64,000 nt of DNA from Camelus ferus (lineage: Eukaryota). This document shows positions 33,720 to 46,320 of the stretch, piece by piece. The position numbers and the translations under genes are program-made. The notes under the pieces are model-generated. The model did no database searches, was not told the origin of the DNA, and saw nothing but the letters and a program-made list of their open reading frames with translations. The stretch spans positions 55,242,001 through 55,306,000 of the forward strand of contig NC_045705.1 of assembly GCF_009834535.1 (NCBI RefSeq), written 5' to 3'. Numbering within the stretch: the first letter of the stretch is position 1; each line of letters starts with the position of its first letter.

Positions 33720-36700
33720 CTGCCAGGGTTGGGGATAGTCAGAGCTTGACTCATGCCCTGCTTTTTCTGCCTCCCTGATCCCTCCCACTGGTCTTCTTTG
33801 TTGTACCCACCCCCTCACCAGGACCATGCTTCCATCTCACCCTCCCCTGGCTCCCTCACTCCATCCTCCTCACTAGGGTCCAGTGTGGAGTTACAGGTGC
33901 CCTGTAACGCATTCCTGGGCTATACTCCCCATGCCCTCTCCCTCCACCCTGCCCCGTCCCTCTCATCTTCATTTCCCCTAGCAGTACCTGACAGCATCTG
34001 GGGCCCTCTTCGGAAGAAGTTTCGGCCCTTGTAGGAGAATCTGGTTGGTCTACCCTCTGGCCCTTCCTGGGGAGGAGGTGTAGGTGGGTCTGGGACAGGC
34101 ATGGGCACAGCAGCAGCTTCGGGGATATCCTCAGGGGCTGATGTGTGGGCCGGAGGTGGCATGGTGCTGAGGTTGGGTCTGACCCAACTGGCCCCCTGAG
34201 GCAGTGGGTCTTTGATCAGAGGCTTCTGTGGTCCCAGCACTCCCTTGGGCTGCAGTGAAAACTTGAGGCAGGAGAAGGCAATAGGCAGTGACCGTTGTAA
34301 CCGGAGCAGCTGGGGCTCACGGGCGGTAGGCAGCAGCCCCAGCTGCAGCCAGGAACAGGAGAAGACCTGGTAGATAACATAGATGCTGCGGGTGCTTCGG
34401 AGCCAGGGAAGAGTCTGCTGTAGGCTCACCTGCCCTGGTGGCAGCAGCAGGAAGGCCACCTTCTTGCGCAGGCCACCCATATGTAAGTGGATCTGGCAGG
34501 GCTGTCCATCCAACAGTCGCGTTTCTCCATAGGCTATCTCTGCTCGGCCATTTGGTGAGTATTCTCGAGTGCAGTGGGCAAAGGCTCCCTCAGACCCTGC
34601 CTGCTCCAGGAGGTTTGGTAGTGGCCCCACTGGTTGTAGTGCCCGCCGGCCCTGCCGACCTGGCAGAGCCAGGCGGGTGTGGGCTGGGCGGGACTGTTTC
34701 ACAAGCACACCCAGTAGGTCATAGCAGGTTGCGTCCGACAGGAAAGGTACTGCCACTACATTGTGCCCAAAGCGCTCCTCGATGACCTGCAGGTGGCCAG
34801 TTTATAGGTCAGGGACTGAGTGCATTAGGGTCAGGGCTAGGAGTCACCTGATAGCCTGCTCTAGATCGACCCTCCCACTGTCACTGTTGGATTACATCTC
34901 CACAATGTGCTCAAAGTGTTATGCTTCCTGCTTATCTCCCAGTTCTCTCCTGTAGCAAAACCTTGAATGTCTACTATCTGCCAGACTCTGCTAGACACTG
35001 GAAATGCATAAAAAAATGAGACTTTGTCCTTGTCCTAATATAGCTCAGTCTAATGGAGGAGACAAACATGTAAACAGTAGGCAGCTAAGTAAAAGAACAG
35101 AGAGCAAACTATGGGGCAGGTGAGCTGTGATTTAACAGCCTTTGTCTTTGATAGAAGAGGATCAAGGATAGCTTCTAGGTGGTAATACTTTGGCTTCTAA
35201 GGAATTAGGTAGGAGAAGGAACAGCCAGTGAAAAAAACTTGCACTTAATAAACTAAAGGGCACAGTCAGGAACATATAATTTCTTATTCAGTGTAGGGTG
35301 TGGAGAGGGACAAGCACACAGGAACTTGAATCTTCAAGGCCTTGTGTGTGTGCTAAGTGGTGGGAATTTTATCCTGAGGACAATGGGAAGCCACTTGAAG
35401 GGCTCTGGCTAGGAGGGGCAGGATCAGATAGGCATTTAAAAAGTTTATTTGGAAAGGAAGGCATAAAATAAAGGGAGATAGAAAAATCAGTTAAGAATGT
35501 TATAAAATTCCAGGCAAGACATGGTGAGCCTCTGAATTAAAATAATGGGGGAAGATATTTAGGTTATAGAATTAGTAGAACTTGGTCACTTAAGGTGTGT
35601 GGGAAAAGGAATCCTCAAGGATTATTCTTACGTGATTGGTTAGATGGGTGATGTCATTAACCAAGAATGGATACACAGAAGTAGCTTTGGAAGTCCACTC
35701 TTACACCGTGTCTGCCCTAGCTGCAGGGGGTACTTCTTTTAGGGATTTGTGACCTCATCTTTGGAATGCTAGTTCCAAAAGGCTTTTAAGGATTACAGTT
35801 CCTCTCGATTTTGTCCTTGTCTTGGCCTTTTTGGGCTTGGTAACCCAGTTTTGGAAAGTTTAACTTCATGACCAACTGGGAAAGCCTATAAGATCCTCTT
35901 AGTAATTATACTTAGTTATGATCTTAACTCATCCCAGATATTGTTGGCTGAGAGTTCTGGGTCTGCATGCCGCTGGGGAGCATATACCGTCCCTTCTTTG
36001 GGCCCCTTTCATTTTAGAGTTCTAATTTTAAAATGCTGTGTGCTCTGCTTCCCTCCCCCAGCCTCCCAAATCCAACATGTCTGTGCCCCAAGATGGCATT
36101 GCTCACTTTGCTGGCCTGGTAGAATTCACCAGTGGTCCCTTAAAGCTGATCGCTTTTTGCTACTTAAAGCTGATTTGGAAGTGCTGCCCCCTAGCGTAAG
36201 AGAAGGGTACCTAACTGATGGAGCTGTGTCTGGGCTTTACACAAGCTGTGATAGCTTGAAGACTCCTGTTTTTTGTCATCTAGCCAAGGAAATAACTGGT
36301 GCTCTTTGTTGATCTGCAGGGAAGAATTTCCCATCATTATTACTCCTTTGTTTCACTAAGACATGGAACACTTAACTTTTGAGTGGAGGCCTCGGGTTGA
36401 TAAAGGCCCCGAGAAGGGCGGTTGGGTTTCCAGGGGTGACAGCAGAGCCATGGTGGGTTAGGACTTTTGTATAGAATGCTCTGCCCCATGACCTTGAAAG
36501 CATAGTCACCAGACATAACTTCAGAACCCCACCCTAGCCGCTCCTTTGGTGCCTCGGTTTCTGTACAACTAAGGCGAATAAAAGTGTCTCCAGGGGAGGT
36601 CCCTCTAACAGGAGTGTGATGTTTAACGTGTCTGGTTCTCATGGTCTACGTTTCTGCTAAAGGGTGGCTCCCTGATTTAGCTGGAAACTCTTTTCCAGAA

Positions 36701-38367
36701 TATAGACAGGAATTTGCCTGAATGGAAGTTATTAAGTCCTTATTCTTACCCTTGAGGGCCCAAATGGCTGCCCTAAAATAGGAAAATTAAAGTGCTCAGT
36801 TCTGTGCTAGAGTGAGTGTATTCTTGGCAGAGTCACCATTTGAAACCACTACCTGCTTCTGCTGCACTTGTATTTCTGGATGGAAGTTCTGAGGAGCTTA
36901 GAGGCCTGCAAATTTAGCTCACCCGGGAGCAGCCCAGGAAAGTGATGGTGGAAGATTATCTTCCTGTAGGTACCTTGGCTGGTTTGAATTCTGATAGGGA
37001 GCCCTTGAGTCACATTCTGTTTAGGGAGATGTTCTACAAAGTGCCCAGTAAACTGTCAGCAGTTCTGAAGAGAGGAAACCAGGTCACTCAAAAAGGTGTC
37101 CTACTCTTTGAATTTGCTATCTACCACCAGTGGTTTATCCTGCGTGTCCCTACACTGAATTTCCTGACAATTTTCCATTTAAATAGCATAGGGAGATTTT
37201 CTGATTCTCAGAGCTGGTGTAGCTTTCTAATAGTTAAAGACCCCATTTATTTCACCCTAATTGTGATTCATCTAGTCCAGGCCCAACCTTTTACACTGCT
37301 GAAACTAATGGCTCTCATTCTTGGGAGGACCTTGGCTCTCCTGTTTTTGCTTCTTTGGGAAGCTGACCTTTGTGGTGAGCAGCTACTCCATTTCAGGTGG
37401 GACCTACGTGCCATTCAGGCTGCCTTGAGTCTGGTTGGCACTCCTTTAAGGTGATCGTTTTAAACCTGGTGGGCTGCCTTCTACAAATGCTTTCTGTTCA
37501 CTCTCCTTCAGATAACATGACCAAAACTTGAGCCCTCAATTCTCTAATCTCAGAAATTAGTCCCCATCTAGATTTGGTGGGGTTTTCTGGGCTCTTGCAA
37601 CTCAAATATAGCTGGGATTTGCCAGGTCCTGGCAATCCATATATTTGGCTCAAAACCCAAATTCTCATTCTGTGGAAGTTAAGCGGGAGAGAATCTGTGA
37701 ACTGGTTGAAGGTAAAGTTCAGGTTCTTTAGAAAACTTAAAAGGCCTTTCATGATCAGCCCCTATCTCTCTTTAACCGCATTTCCACCAGTACTTTGAAC
37801 TCTGTTCTAGAGGACTGTTTGCAGTTCACAGGTATACATTTTCTTTTTTCTCTCCTGGCTTTGGCATACATTCTACCTTTAATTAGTACACTGCTCACTC
37901 ACCAACCCACCTGCTTATTAACTCATTCAGGTGTTCATTAAGCACCGTTTATGTGCCAAGTATTCCTCCTCCCTCTGGGTGGGAATACCTGCTTGCCTAG
38001 CTAGAATGTCACTCTCTCCAGGAAGCCTTCCTGACCTCCTAAGTCCTGACCCTGCCTTAGCACTTCTCCTTTCTGCTCTTACGGCTCTCTGTATGTTGTC
38101 TTTCAAGGAACCTTTCTTTCTGCTTTTGCAGTTGTAATTAAATTGGGCACTCTGTGCAGTGCCTGGCACATAAGCCAGCACTGAGTAAATGTTAGTTATT
38201 ATTGTCTCCAGGCTTTCCACCCCTTCCTAGTCAGAAGCTGCTCAGACCCATCTAGCTCACACTTTGTTACTTCCTCTTTAGCCTTCTTTACCTACCTTAT
38301 CTTTGATGAGGGTCCAGGTGGCATCAGCTTCATCCAGTGTCAGCAGGTGAGGGGTACCAACCAACAT
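33589..38367 (-). CDS. C11orf42: C11orf42 orthologue (uncharacterised protein). join(38296..38367, 33988..34786, 33589..33719) = 1002 nt, 333 aa + stop
   Basis: MLVGTPHLLTLDEADATWTLIKDK / VIEERFGHNVVAVPFLSDATCYDLLGVLVKQSRPAH... / ENWLFSPRSPPPG...SSEFDSDE*; GT/AG sites in phase; length and synteny fit the human gene as recalled. Confidence 0.95.
33988..34786 (-). CDS. C11orf42: C11orf42 exon 2 (799 nt)
   Basis: ORF 33920..34756; cctgcag acceptor; donor CAG|GTACTG. Confidence 0.95.
38296..38367 (-). CDS. C11orf42: C11orf42 exon 1 (72 nt)
   Basis: accATG in strong context; donor AAG|GTAGGT. Confidence 0.93.
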
Positions 38368-38849
38368 GGTGGGGGTGTGGGAGGGGTTAGGCAGGGCAGT
38401 GGCTGCTGCAGGAGCCCCAGGCTGCCCAGGGAGGTGAGGCCCCAGGCCCTGGGCTCTGACCTACTGCAGTATGAGGTCATAGAGGTCCTGCTGGGTGCTG
38501 GGGCCTTGGGTGGGGAGAGGGCAGTCACTTTCCTAGCCTCACTGTGCCTACAGCCTCAGTTCATACTCTTTAGTTGCTTATTCATTCTCCTGCTTTAGGG
38601 GAGGAAGATGCAGGTATCCATTAGGGCATTTGTACATGTCTGCATGTGTGTGTGTATGTGTGTGTAGTTCTTGGTCTGAGTTCTTTAAGGAAACAGGATC
38701 AGGCCCCTCCTCCCTTTACCAGCCTCCTTAAAGCAATTTGCTTTGCTATCTTGTCAGTTGCAGATGACTTCTTTGTGAGATTGGATTGGGGTCCTGAAGG
38801 ACATGAGAGAAGCAGGGATCAGCACCTAAACGAGAACAAAGCAGTGACT

Positions 38850-39010
38850 TTCAGCTTTGGCTGTGCTTTGGAATTACCTGGGAGCTTTAAAAATTACTGG
38901 TACCTGGATCCTACTCCCAGGGATTCTGATTTAATGGGTCTGGAAAATGCCTCGGCATCAGGGTTTCTTAAAGTTCCTCAGGCAATTCTAATGTGCAGCC
39001 TAGGTTGAAG
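38850..39010. mobile_element. MER5A-like hAT MITE
   Basis: ggaattacctgggagctttaaaaattact...cccagggattctgatttaatgggtctgg...ttcctcaggcaattctaatgtgcagcctaggttga. Confidence 0.8.
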
Positions 39011-39699
39011 CTCATTATTAGTGAGTGGGTTACAGTTACAACGAAAGCCGGGTGGGTGTGTAGGAGGGTGCCGTGCTGAGCGGTGACAGCGTGGAGGATG
39101 AGAATCGAATTGGGATAATGTTGCCTTAGTTACTGGAGAGAACTTTCAGGAAACCAGATACACCCAGGTAAATTTAAGAAAATGTTCTCCATCCTCCACT
39201 CCCTTTCCTGGGCTGCCTTGTGTCTAGTGGGTGCTCTCCCTCTGCAGCCCTAACCTGTGGGTGATTTTCACTTGTGTCTCTGTCCGGAGATCTCAACCTG
39301 GTGTTTTGCTGGGAAAGAAGAGTGGTTTTTCCCTGGAGAAGAACCACCCTAGAGAGTTTCTAGAAGCTCCTTCCCCACTCCACTCCTCTGTGCCCAGGAA
39401 GACCCTTTGTGTGCGGGGAGCACCCTCCGCTATCCCGGCCCAGCGTATAGAGCCGTCTCACAAAGTCGGCCATTGTTGGAGCTGACTGAGGTGGTATGAG
39501 TATGGGGCCCCGGGGAGGGTCCTACTGTGGTGGGAGAGTGCTGCCGGGAAGTTCCCTAAAGGACAGGTAACTGGCCCCAGTGGAGAGCAGGTCTCCCTGG
39601 ACAGAGCAAAGGGTTTGGGTGTCAGGTCTTTCAGCAAGGGTTTGACAGTGAGCATGGGCCTGTGCTCCAGGAGAGGAATTAGTATTTAAATATTTGTTG

Positions 39700-39910
39700 A
39701 AAGTGAATGTGTTAGGGGCTGTTCCAAACACTCTTGAAGGCGTTATCTTAGTTAACCCTTTTAGTAATCTCTTGAACTAGGTACTGTTATCTCCCCATTT
39801 TACAAGTGAATTAACAGGCTCAGAGAGATTAAATAAACTAGTGCAAAACATACAGTGAGTTCATGGAGGGTCTAGGGTTCAAATCCAAGTCTGCCTGATT
39901 CCAGCTTTAA
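39700..39910 (-). mobile_element. MIR SINE
   Basis: ggtactgttatctccccattttacaagtgaattaacaggctcagagag...ggttcaaatccaagtctgcctgattccag. Confidence 0.8.
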
Positions 39911-40906
39911 CCATTAAACAGTAGTTTCTTCTGGTGAAGGGAGAGATCAGCATGTTCCTTGTGCTTGCCCGAGGGCTGTGTGCCAGTTTGAAGTTCAAAG
40001 TGCTGATTAAAGGGAAGTGGGCAGGATGGGAGAAGAGCCACCATAGACTCAATCAGAAACCCCAAGATTCTTGTAAGGTAAAACCAAGTCTCCTCCTCCT
40101 CATGTCCCTTTAGCACATTTTTTATTATGGTCGACAAGGAGAGGTCACCTAGTAAAGTATAGCTGGCACCTCTGTTCCCTCAGAAAGGAATTCTGAGTGA
40201 GGTAGACAGAGGTGGAGAGAGACAAGGACAAGAGACAGACACGGGGCATAGCTGACTGACGGTGCAAGGAGACAGATGCCGGGGGACAGACAGTGAGAGC
40301 TGCTGAGAAACAGGCAGAGAGTGATGCACATCTGTACCCTGAGGGGCTCCAGGATGCGAAGGGGTGGATGAGGTAGGTGCCAGGTTGATGAGCTGTTGGT
40401 GAAATCAGATGAGGCTCTCTTTCGGATTTTTGTTCATAGAGGGGGCTCAGAGGGGAAACTGGGTACTATTGAACTCAGCCAGAAGCCCATACCTCTGTCT
40501 TCTCTCTCGCTGTCTGATCACCATGATCCTCCTGCTCCCTAAAAAATCTCATAAAACAAACAGTCTGTCTTTCCTTTTGGCTCATAGAGACCGAAAGTTG
40601 CTGAAGGAAAACAGGTGACAGCTGAGTTCTGGGTGGAGTTGATGAGCCCAAGGGCTGGGCTGTTCAGGCCATATCTTACTCAAGGGTCTTGCCACCACTG
40701 TGGCAAGTTCTGGGGTCTCCCTGGGGAAGAAGGCACAGGTCATCAGCATATCTGAGGAGTGAGCAGGGTGGGGAGCACTAGGGGAACAAACAGGTGGGGC
40801 TGACCATCCAGAGAGCATGCTGCTTTCTGCAAGCACCCCTAGGGCCGCACAGAACAGCACCAGTGGTGACGAGGAGCCCTTCTCTCAGGCTGTAGGGATG
40901 CTCGTA

Positions 40907-41231
40907 CAGGTCCCTGATCCCTTATTTGAAACCTTTTGGGATGGATGGGTTTTGGAATTCAGAGTTTTTCAGATTTCAGAAAGGGAATAGAGTGCCTTTA
41001 TGATATATAAAGGAATACCCCAGTGCGATTCAGGGCAGTGCTCTATAATCAAACCCATCAATAATTCTGTAGCTAAGTGTATGAATATTCACACTAAGTG
41101 AGATAAATATATACTATAAATATGATTGTGATGGGTCAGGCCAGATTTTGGATCAAAGTTATGAAAAATCTATTGTTTCTTAAGAGATTTTTTTTTTATT
41201 TTGGAATTATAGATAAAGGATTATGGGCTTA
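40907..41231. mobile_element. Tigger4/MER46-like mariner MITE
   Basis: ta-CAGGTCCCTGATCCCTTAT ... ATAAAGGATTATGGGCTTA-ta imperfect TIRs, about 325 bp. Confidence 0.75.
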
Positions 41232-43300
41232 TAATTGTTCTCAGGTTGTTGTGAGGAGTGAGAGTGCCGGTAAAGCCTTCTAAACGCTCTACATGGTAGG
41301 TATGCAGTCTCCATCCAAAACAAAATATGAGTGTCCATGGGGGTGGACCTTTGGCTTGAGGGAAGAAAGTTCTTACAGGGAACAGTATACAGCTTCGGAC
41401 TCAGCTGCCTTGGGAGTTGTGTGTGCAACCAGAGTGAAGGTGCCTTAGAAGAGAGGCTGCCTGTGGTGGGAGGGGGACTGAAGTCATTGCTTATGAACAT
41501 TGGCTGTGTGTGATTTTCCCTTTTCACGTACCAGAAGGGAAAGACAAAAACGGTGTGCGTGTGTGTATGTGTGACACAGGACTGTCACACATTTCTTTAT
41601 ATTTCTTTATAATAATGTTGTAATAAACATCTTACTGCATATATCTTTGTTCACATCTCTAATTATTTTGTCAGGATAAATTTATTGAAGAGGAATCACT
41701 CAGAGAAGGATATGTACATCTTAAAAACTCATGACTCATTAGGATTAGAATTTTGTCACAGTTATCTGCAAAATCATTGCCTGGGGGTCTTCTTAACTCA
41801 CAACTTCATGAAAGAGATGAGCCTTGAGAATGACTGAGCCCACACTTGGGCTGAGGGAAACTAGATTTCCTCCTCGTCCACTTGGCTTCAGCATGACAGC
41901 ACCTCTGAAAATCATACCAGGCTTCTGGGCTCTCTCTTCAGTTCCTTGTTAATGAGGATCTGGTGAGGCCCCATGTGGCCCTGGAGGTGGCATCACTTGC
42001 TTTTTCAGATCTGCAGCCTCCTCCTGTGTGGCATCCCATGGTGCTTGGTCCAGCTGTCTGTGTGGAGCTGTCAGGACAGCACCAGGCTTCAGGTTTTTGT
42101 GGCTAACTCCCATACCCACGGTTATGATTGTTTTCCCAGAGAACCTGGGTCTGCCTGTGCAGCCTACAGATTACTCTAACCTCATAACATTGACCCTCTG
42201 CTTTTTGTCTGAGATTATACTCATTCTGGACTTTACACTGGTATGAAAATCTCTTTGTGCAGTGTCTGTCCAGCGCAGTCTTTTAGCTGAAAGTGCCTCT
42301 CATGCGGGGTGGCACAGTGACACTTCCTGTCGATCTCGGTTCTCCGGCTGCCGCAGCAGTGTGAAACATCCCTGTTTCATCATACTGCACCAACATCGCG
42401 TGCATCTCACGATGTTGGCCAGGACTAATGCGGGTGCTGGTGAGGATTCTATTTGGAAATTCTACATTCTTGGCTGAGGATGCACAAAAGGGCAGATAGG
42501 TGAGAGACCATAATGACTCTGGACCTCAGGCAAGCAGGTGAAGTGGTTACAGTGGTTTTCTGGGATATCAAAATTTCTTTCAGTTGGACTCCTGACCCCT
42601 GAAGCTGCAGACCCCTGGGAGAGCAGTTCTAGCCATTAACTCCTGAGGCTTTGGCAGGGTGGTAAGGGGAGGGGTAATAGTGATTATACACGAGACCGAG
42701 AAGATTGTCTGAACTGAGAATGTCTTAACGAACGGTATCTTGGACAAATTTGGGACTCCAGGGCACATTATCCAGATTCTCAGAAGGTGGGGATCAGCCT
42801 GTATACCTGCTGACTGACTGAAAACAATCTGGCTCTAGGAGTAGAGGGCTGTGATTCCAAGCACTTGCCTCCGGAGGCAGTGTCACTCTTCCCAGACCCC
42901 CAGGTCCGGAATCTGTGGAGGATCGTTCGTGAGGGAACGTGGGGAGACTTAGGTGGGGGTGGGGTGATGGAGTGGGGTGGGGGGAGGAGGAGGGGGATAG
43001 CTATTCTTTAAGTTAAACGGAATGTACTATGATCCTATAATAATTCCCTGATCTCTTATTTTTCCTGCCTGATAACACGTGGTACCCTGTCTCCTGTTTC
43101 TTCCCAAGCAGGATGCATGGCTAGGCCAGTTTACAGATGCCAGTGGTACACATAGAGCCTTCACAGCAAATATCTGTTGAGTGATGATCACGTCATATGC
43201 AGACCATGGGACAAAGATGACATAATCCACACTCCAGACCCCAGTCTCCTCTGAATGTCCCCTAGCCTCCACCCCCAGGCACCATTGTTTTCACTGTCCA

Positions 43301-44263
43301 TTAGAACTGGCTTTTTCTGAATGTGAAGATTTCTAGGAGGTGGTCCCTGATCTGCTTGGTGCGGGCTCCATAGATGAGGGGGTTGAGGGCAGGTGGCAGC
43401 AGCAGATAGATGTTAGAGAGAAGGATGTGCACGGGCTTTGGGACGGTGTGACGACCAAAGCGGTGTGTGAGGTAGGAGAAGAGACCAGGCACGTAGAAGG
43501 CCAGAATGACACAAATGTGGGAACTACATGTACCAAAGGCCTTGGCACGGACTTCCCAGGTGGGCATCCTCAGCACAGCCTGGGCAATGAGCCCATATGA
43601 GCCGGTGATGCCTAGAATGTCTACACCTGACACAGCCAATGAAAGTGCCAGTCCATACAAGTTGTTGGCCCGTGTGTTACCCACCACCAGCTCCACCACT
43701 GCCATGTGGGCACAGTAGGCGTGGTCTATGGTCGTGGCTTGGAAGTGCTCAAATCGTGCCACCAGCAGAGGGAAAGGCACAACGATAGACACAGCCCTCA
43801 GCGCCAGGGCCAAGGCCGCATAGCCCATGCGGGCTTTGGTGACTAGGACAGAGTAGTGCAGCAGACGCCCTACTGCCACAGCACGGTCACAGGCCATGGC
43901 CAGCAGCACCCCAGATTCCACGGCAGTCAGTGCGTGAACAAAGAACATCTGGACCAGGCAGGCAGCGTATGGCACAGGCCGGGGCCCGAGCCACAGCACA
44001 GCCAGCAGCCCTGGGGCTACAGATGTGGCTAAGCCCAGGTCTGTGGCTGCCAGCATGGCCAGGAGCAGAAACATGGGCTGGTGCAGCGTGGGGTCTATCT
44101 GCATCACTGTCAGCAGTGCTCCATTGCCCAGCAGGGAAAGCAGATACATGGGCCCAAAGACCAGGGTCAGCCAGGCCTGGGCACCTGCTAACCCTGGAAT
44201 GCCAGTCAGTATGAAGAAGGTTGGGCGTGAGAAGGTGGAGTTGGGCTGTGGAGCTTCTGCCAT
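43301..44263 (-). CDS. OR52W1: Class I olfactory receptor, family 52 subfamily W member 1; intact, 320 aa
   Basis: Single-exon 7TM ORF: LHQPMFLLLAML, MACDRAVAVGRLLHY, KAFGTCSSH, PPALNPLIYGARTKQIR; acceptor ctacag|G immediately before the ATG; synteny. Confidence 0.93.
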   Translation of the reverse strand: MAEAPQPNSTFSRPTFFILTGIPGLAGAQAWLTLVFGPMYLLSLLGNGALLTVMQIDPTLHQPMFLLLAMLAATDLGLATSVAPGLLAVLWLGPRPVPYAACLVQMFFVHALTAVESGVLLAMACDRAVAVGRLLHYSVLVTKARMGYAALALALRAVSIVVPFPLLVARFEHFQATTIDHAYCAHMAVVELVVGNTRANNLYGLALSLAVSGVDILGITGSYGLIAQAVLRMPTWEVRAKAFGTCSSHICVILAFYVPGLFSYLTHRFGRHTVPKPVHILLSNIYLLLPPALNPLIYGARTKQIRDHLLEIFTFRKSQF

Positions 44264-46187
44264 CCTGTAGAGTCAAAGCTTTAGGGCTCATGGGGGCATG
44301 ATTGCTGATAGGGGAAGGACAGGGAGAGATTTGGGGATGTCACAGTGGCATGGATCCATCCATGTGTGTATAAGAATAGTGCAGGGCCGGGAGGATCACA
44401 GTGTTATAACCTTTGACTGGGGTTTGGATGGATAATCAAGGTCACAGCCCTAGCTAGGATGGGAGAATCCTTGTGCCTGAAGGCCCGTGAGTGTTGCAGG
44501 GGAGCATGGGCACAGAGGTGGAGAGAAAGTGGGGTGTCACTGCTGCAGTGGCTGGTAGAGCTGGAGCCCTGCAGGTGGAGGTCAGCTGAGAGTGGAGCTG
44601 AGATGAATGATTTCTTCCTCAGGGTCCAAGTAGAGTCTGTCTCAGTCTCTGTAGATGGGGGAAAGCCGGTGCTGGGCTCTACAGTGGGGATGGGCGCCAT
44701 GATCTTAAGTGTGGCCGAGCTTTAACATTCTGGGAATCCACCCTCCAAGAAGAAAGGAGGAGAGCAGAGAGAAAGGGAGAGACAGGAGGAGGAGGCAGAT
44801 GGGACCTGGAGTGAAGCCAGAAGGCTGGCGTGACAGGAGAAAACCTGGTGGGTTTTTGGGGTATGGAGTGCTTACGTTATTCTTAACTTGATGCTGAAGT
44901 GGCGAACTTGAACATGGGCTGAAGAGTTGACATAGGTCCTGGGAAGCAATGGAGAAAGAGAAATGGTGGCAAAAAAAAGGAACTTCTCTGTCTCCTTTCC
45001 TTCTTCACAATCCAGAAGGGGGTCACACTAGATTCTCATTCCTGTGGTGCCAGAGGGAGTGCAGGTGACAGAGAGGAAGGAAGTGGCACTCAACCCAGGG
45101 TAGCAGCCACATGAGGAAGAAGCATCTCTGATGCTGGAGGAGGCAGGATGTATAGAACTGATTCCTCCCAGAATCTAGCCAACTGCAGAAGCTTGATGCG
45201 TGTTGGATGGATGATACCTGAAGGAGGAAGGAAGCACCAGCAGAAGACTTGACTGGGGAAAGAGACTTGGCCCTGGGTGTTGGCAGTTTCTCCTCGTCTT
45301 GACCAATGCCTGGGGGACCTTTATGTGGCTGTTCTCCCTGCTTCCCTCCGGGGACCGTTACCCCTCCCACCCGGCCACATTAACTCTTCCCTTTCTGCCT
45401 CTTTGCTCAGTGCTGATAGGCTGGGTGGCTCAGGAAGTAGAGTCAGGAGGCAGAGGTGGGGGCAACAAGGAAAGAGACTGACTTATGGGAGTGGAAAGAT
45501 CTGGGGCAGAGGAGCACTTCCTCTGAGAGGTCTTTGCTGACTCCCTGAAGTCTGGAGAGAAGACCTTGCTTTCTTTACTCTTAAATGGCATCAGTCTGCC
45601 TCTGTTGCATTGTAATCACTCACCTAACCCCCGCCACCAGACTGAAAGGGTTACAGGCAGTGCTTCTTATTAGCCCCAGTATCACCACTGCTTGTCACAA
45701 TGCCCCATAGTCAGTTGTCTATAAATAAATATTTATTGCTTTTAATTGTGGGACAAAACTGCTGGCCCAAATAGCATTTGCTGACTAACAGGGGCTCGTA
45801 CAGTTTCAGAAACCTTACATATTCATGGAAATGAGGGTTATTCACCATCAACCACAAGTCCCACTGCTATAATGAGACGTATTCTAAAAGTCAACACACT
45901 GTGCAAGATAACATGACAAAACCATAGGGCCTAGTGGGAGGGAAAATGGGAGTAGGGGCACAACATTAAAAATGTCATCAGTGACACATTTAAAAAGGAT
46001 GGGAACCTAATAATGGTAGCAGTGTTTGACATCCATTAAATGGTTAGAAAGTACATGAATATACCAATAAATATGACACTTCACCTTGAAAAAGACCTGG
46101 AGTTTTCCTTGTGGAAGTCAGTGTTGGAAGCAGCTCGTGAATTATTGTGAAGGTAGAAGGAGATGCAGATCGAAAATTTAGTGGAAT

Positions 46188-46320
46188 CAGGGGGAGGGTA
46201 TAGCTCAGTGGTAGAGCACTTGCTTAGCACGCATGAGGACCTGGGTTCAATCCCCAGTACCTCCTATTAAATAATAATCAAAAACCCTCAGCCTAATTAC
46301 CCTCCAAAATTAAAGAAAAA
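46188..46320 (+). mobile_element. tRNA-Ala-derived SINE (camelid vic-1 type) with TSD
   Basis: ggggagggtatagctcagtggtagagcac...ctgggttcaatccccagtacctcc with A and B boxes and an A-rich tail; TSD GAAAATTTAGTGGAAT (46172-46187) / GAAAATTGGGTGGAAT (46321-46336). Confidence 0.9.

Noticed and set aside
32546-34785. Overlapping ORFs antisense to FHIP1B exon 12 and C11orf42 exons
   Set aside because: Shadow frames of GC-rich coding exons.
42954-42996. G-run tract with G-quadruplex potential
   Set aside because: Common in mammalian DNA; no evidence of function from the sequence alone.
46191-46265. tRNA-like sequence
   Set aside because: Degenerate cloverleaf followed by an A-rich tail and flanked by TSDs, so a SINE rather than a tRNA gene.
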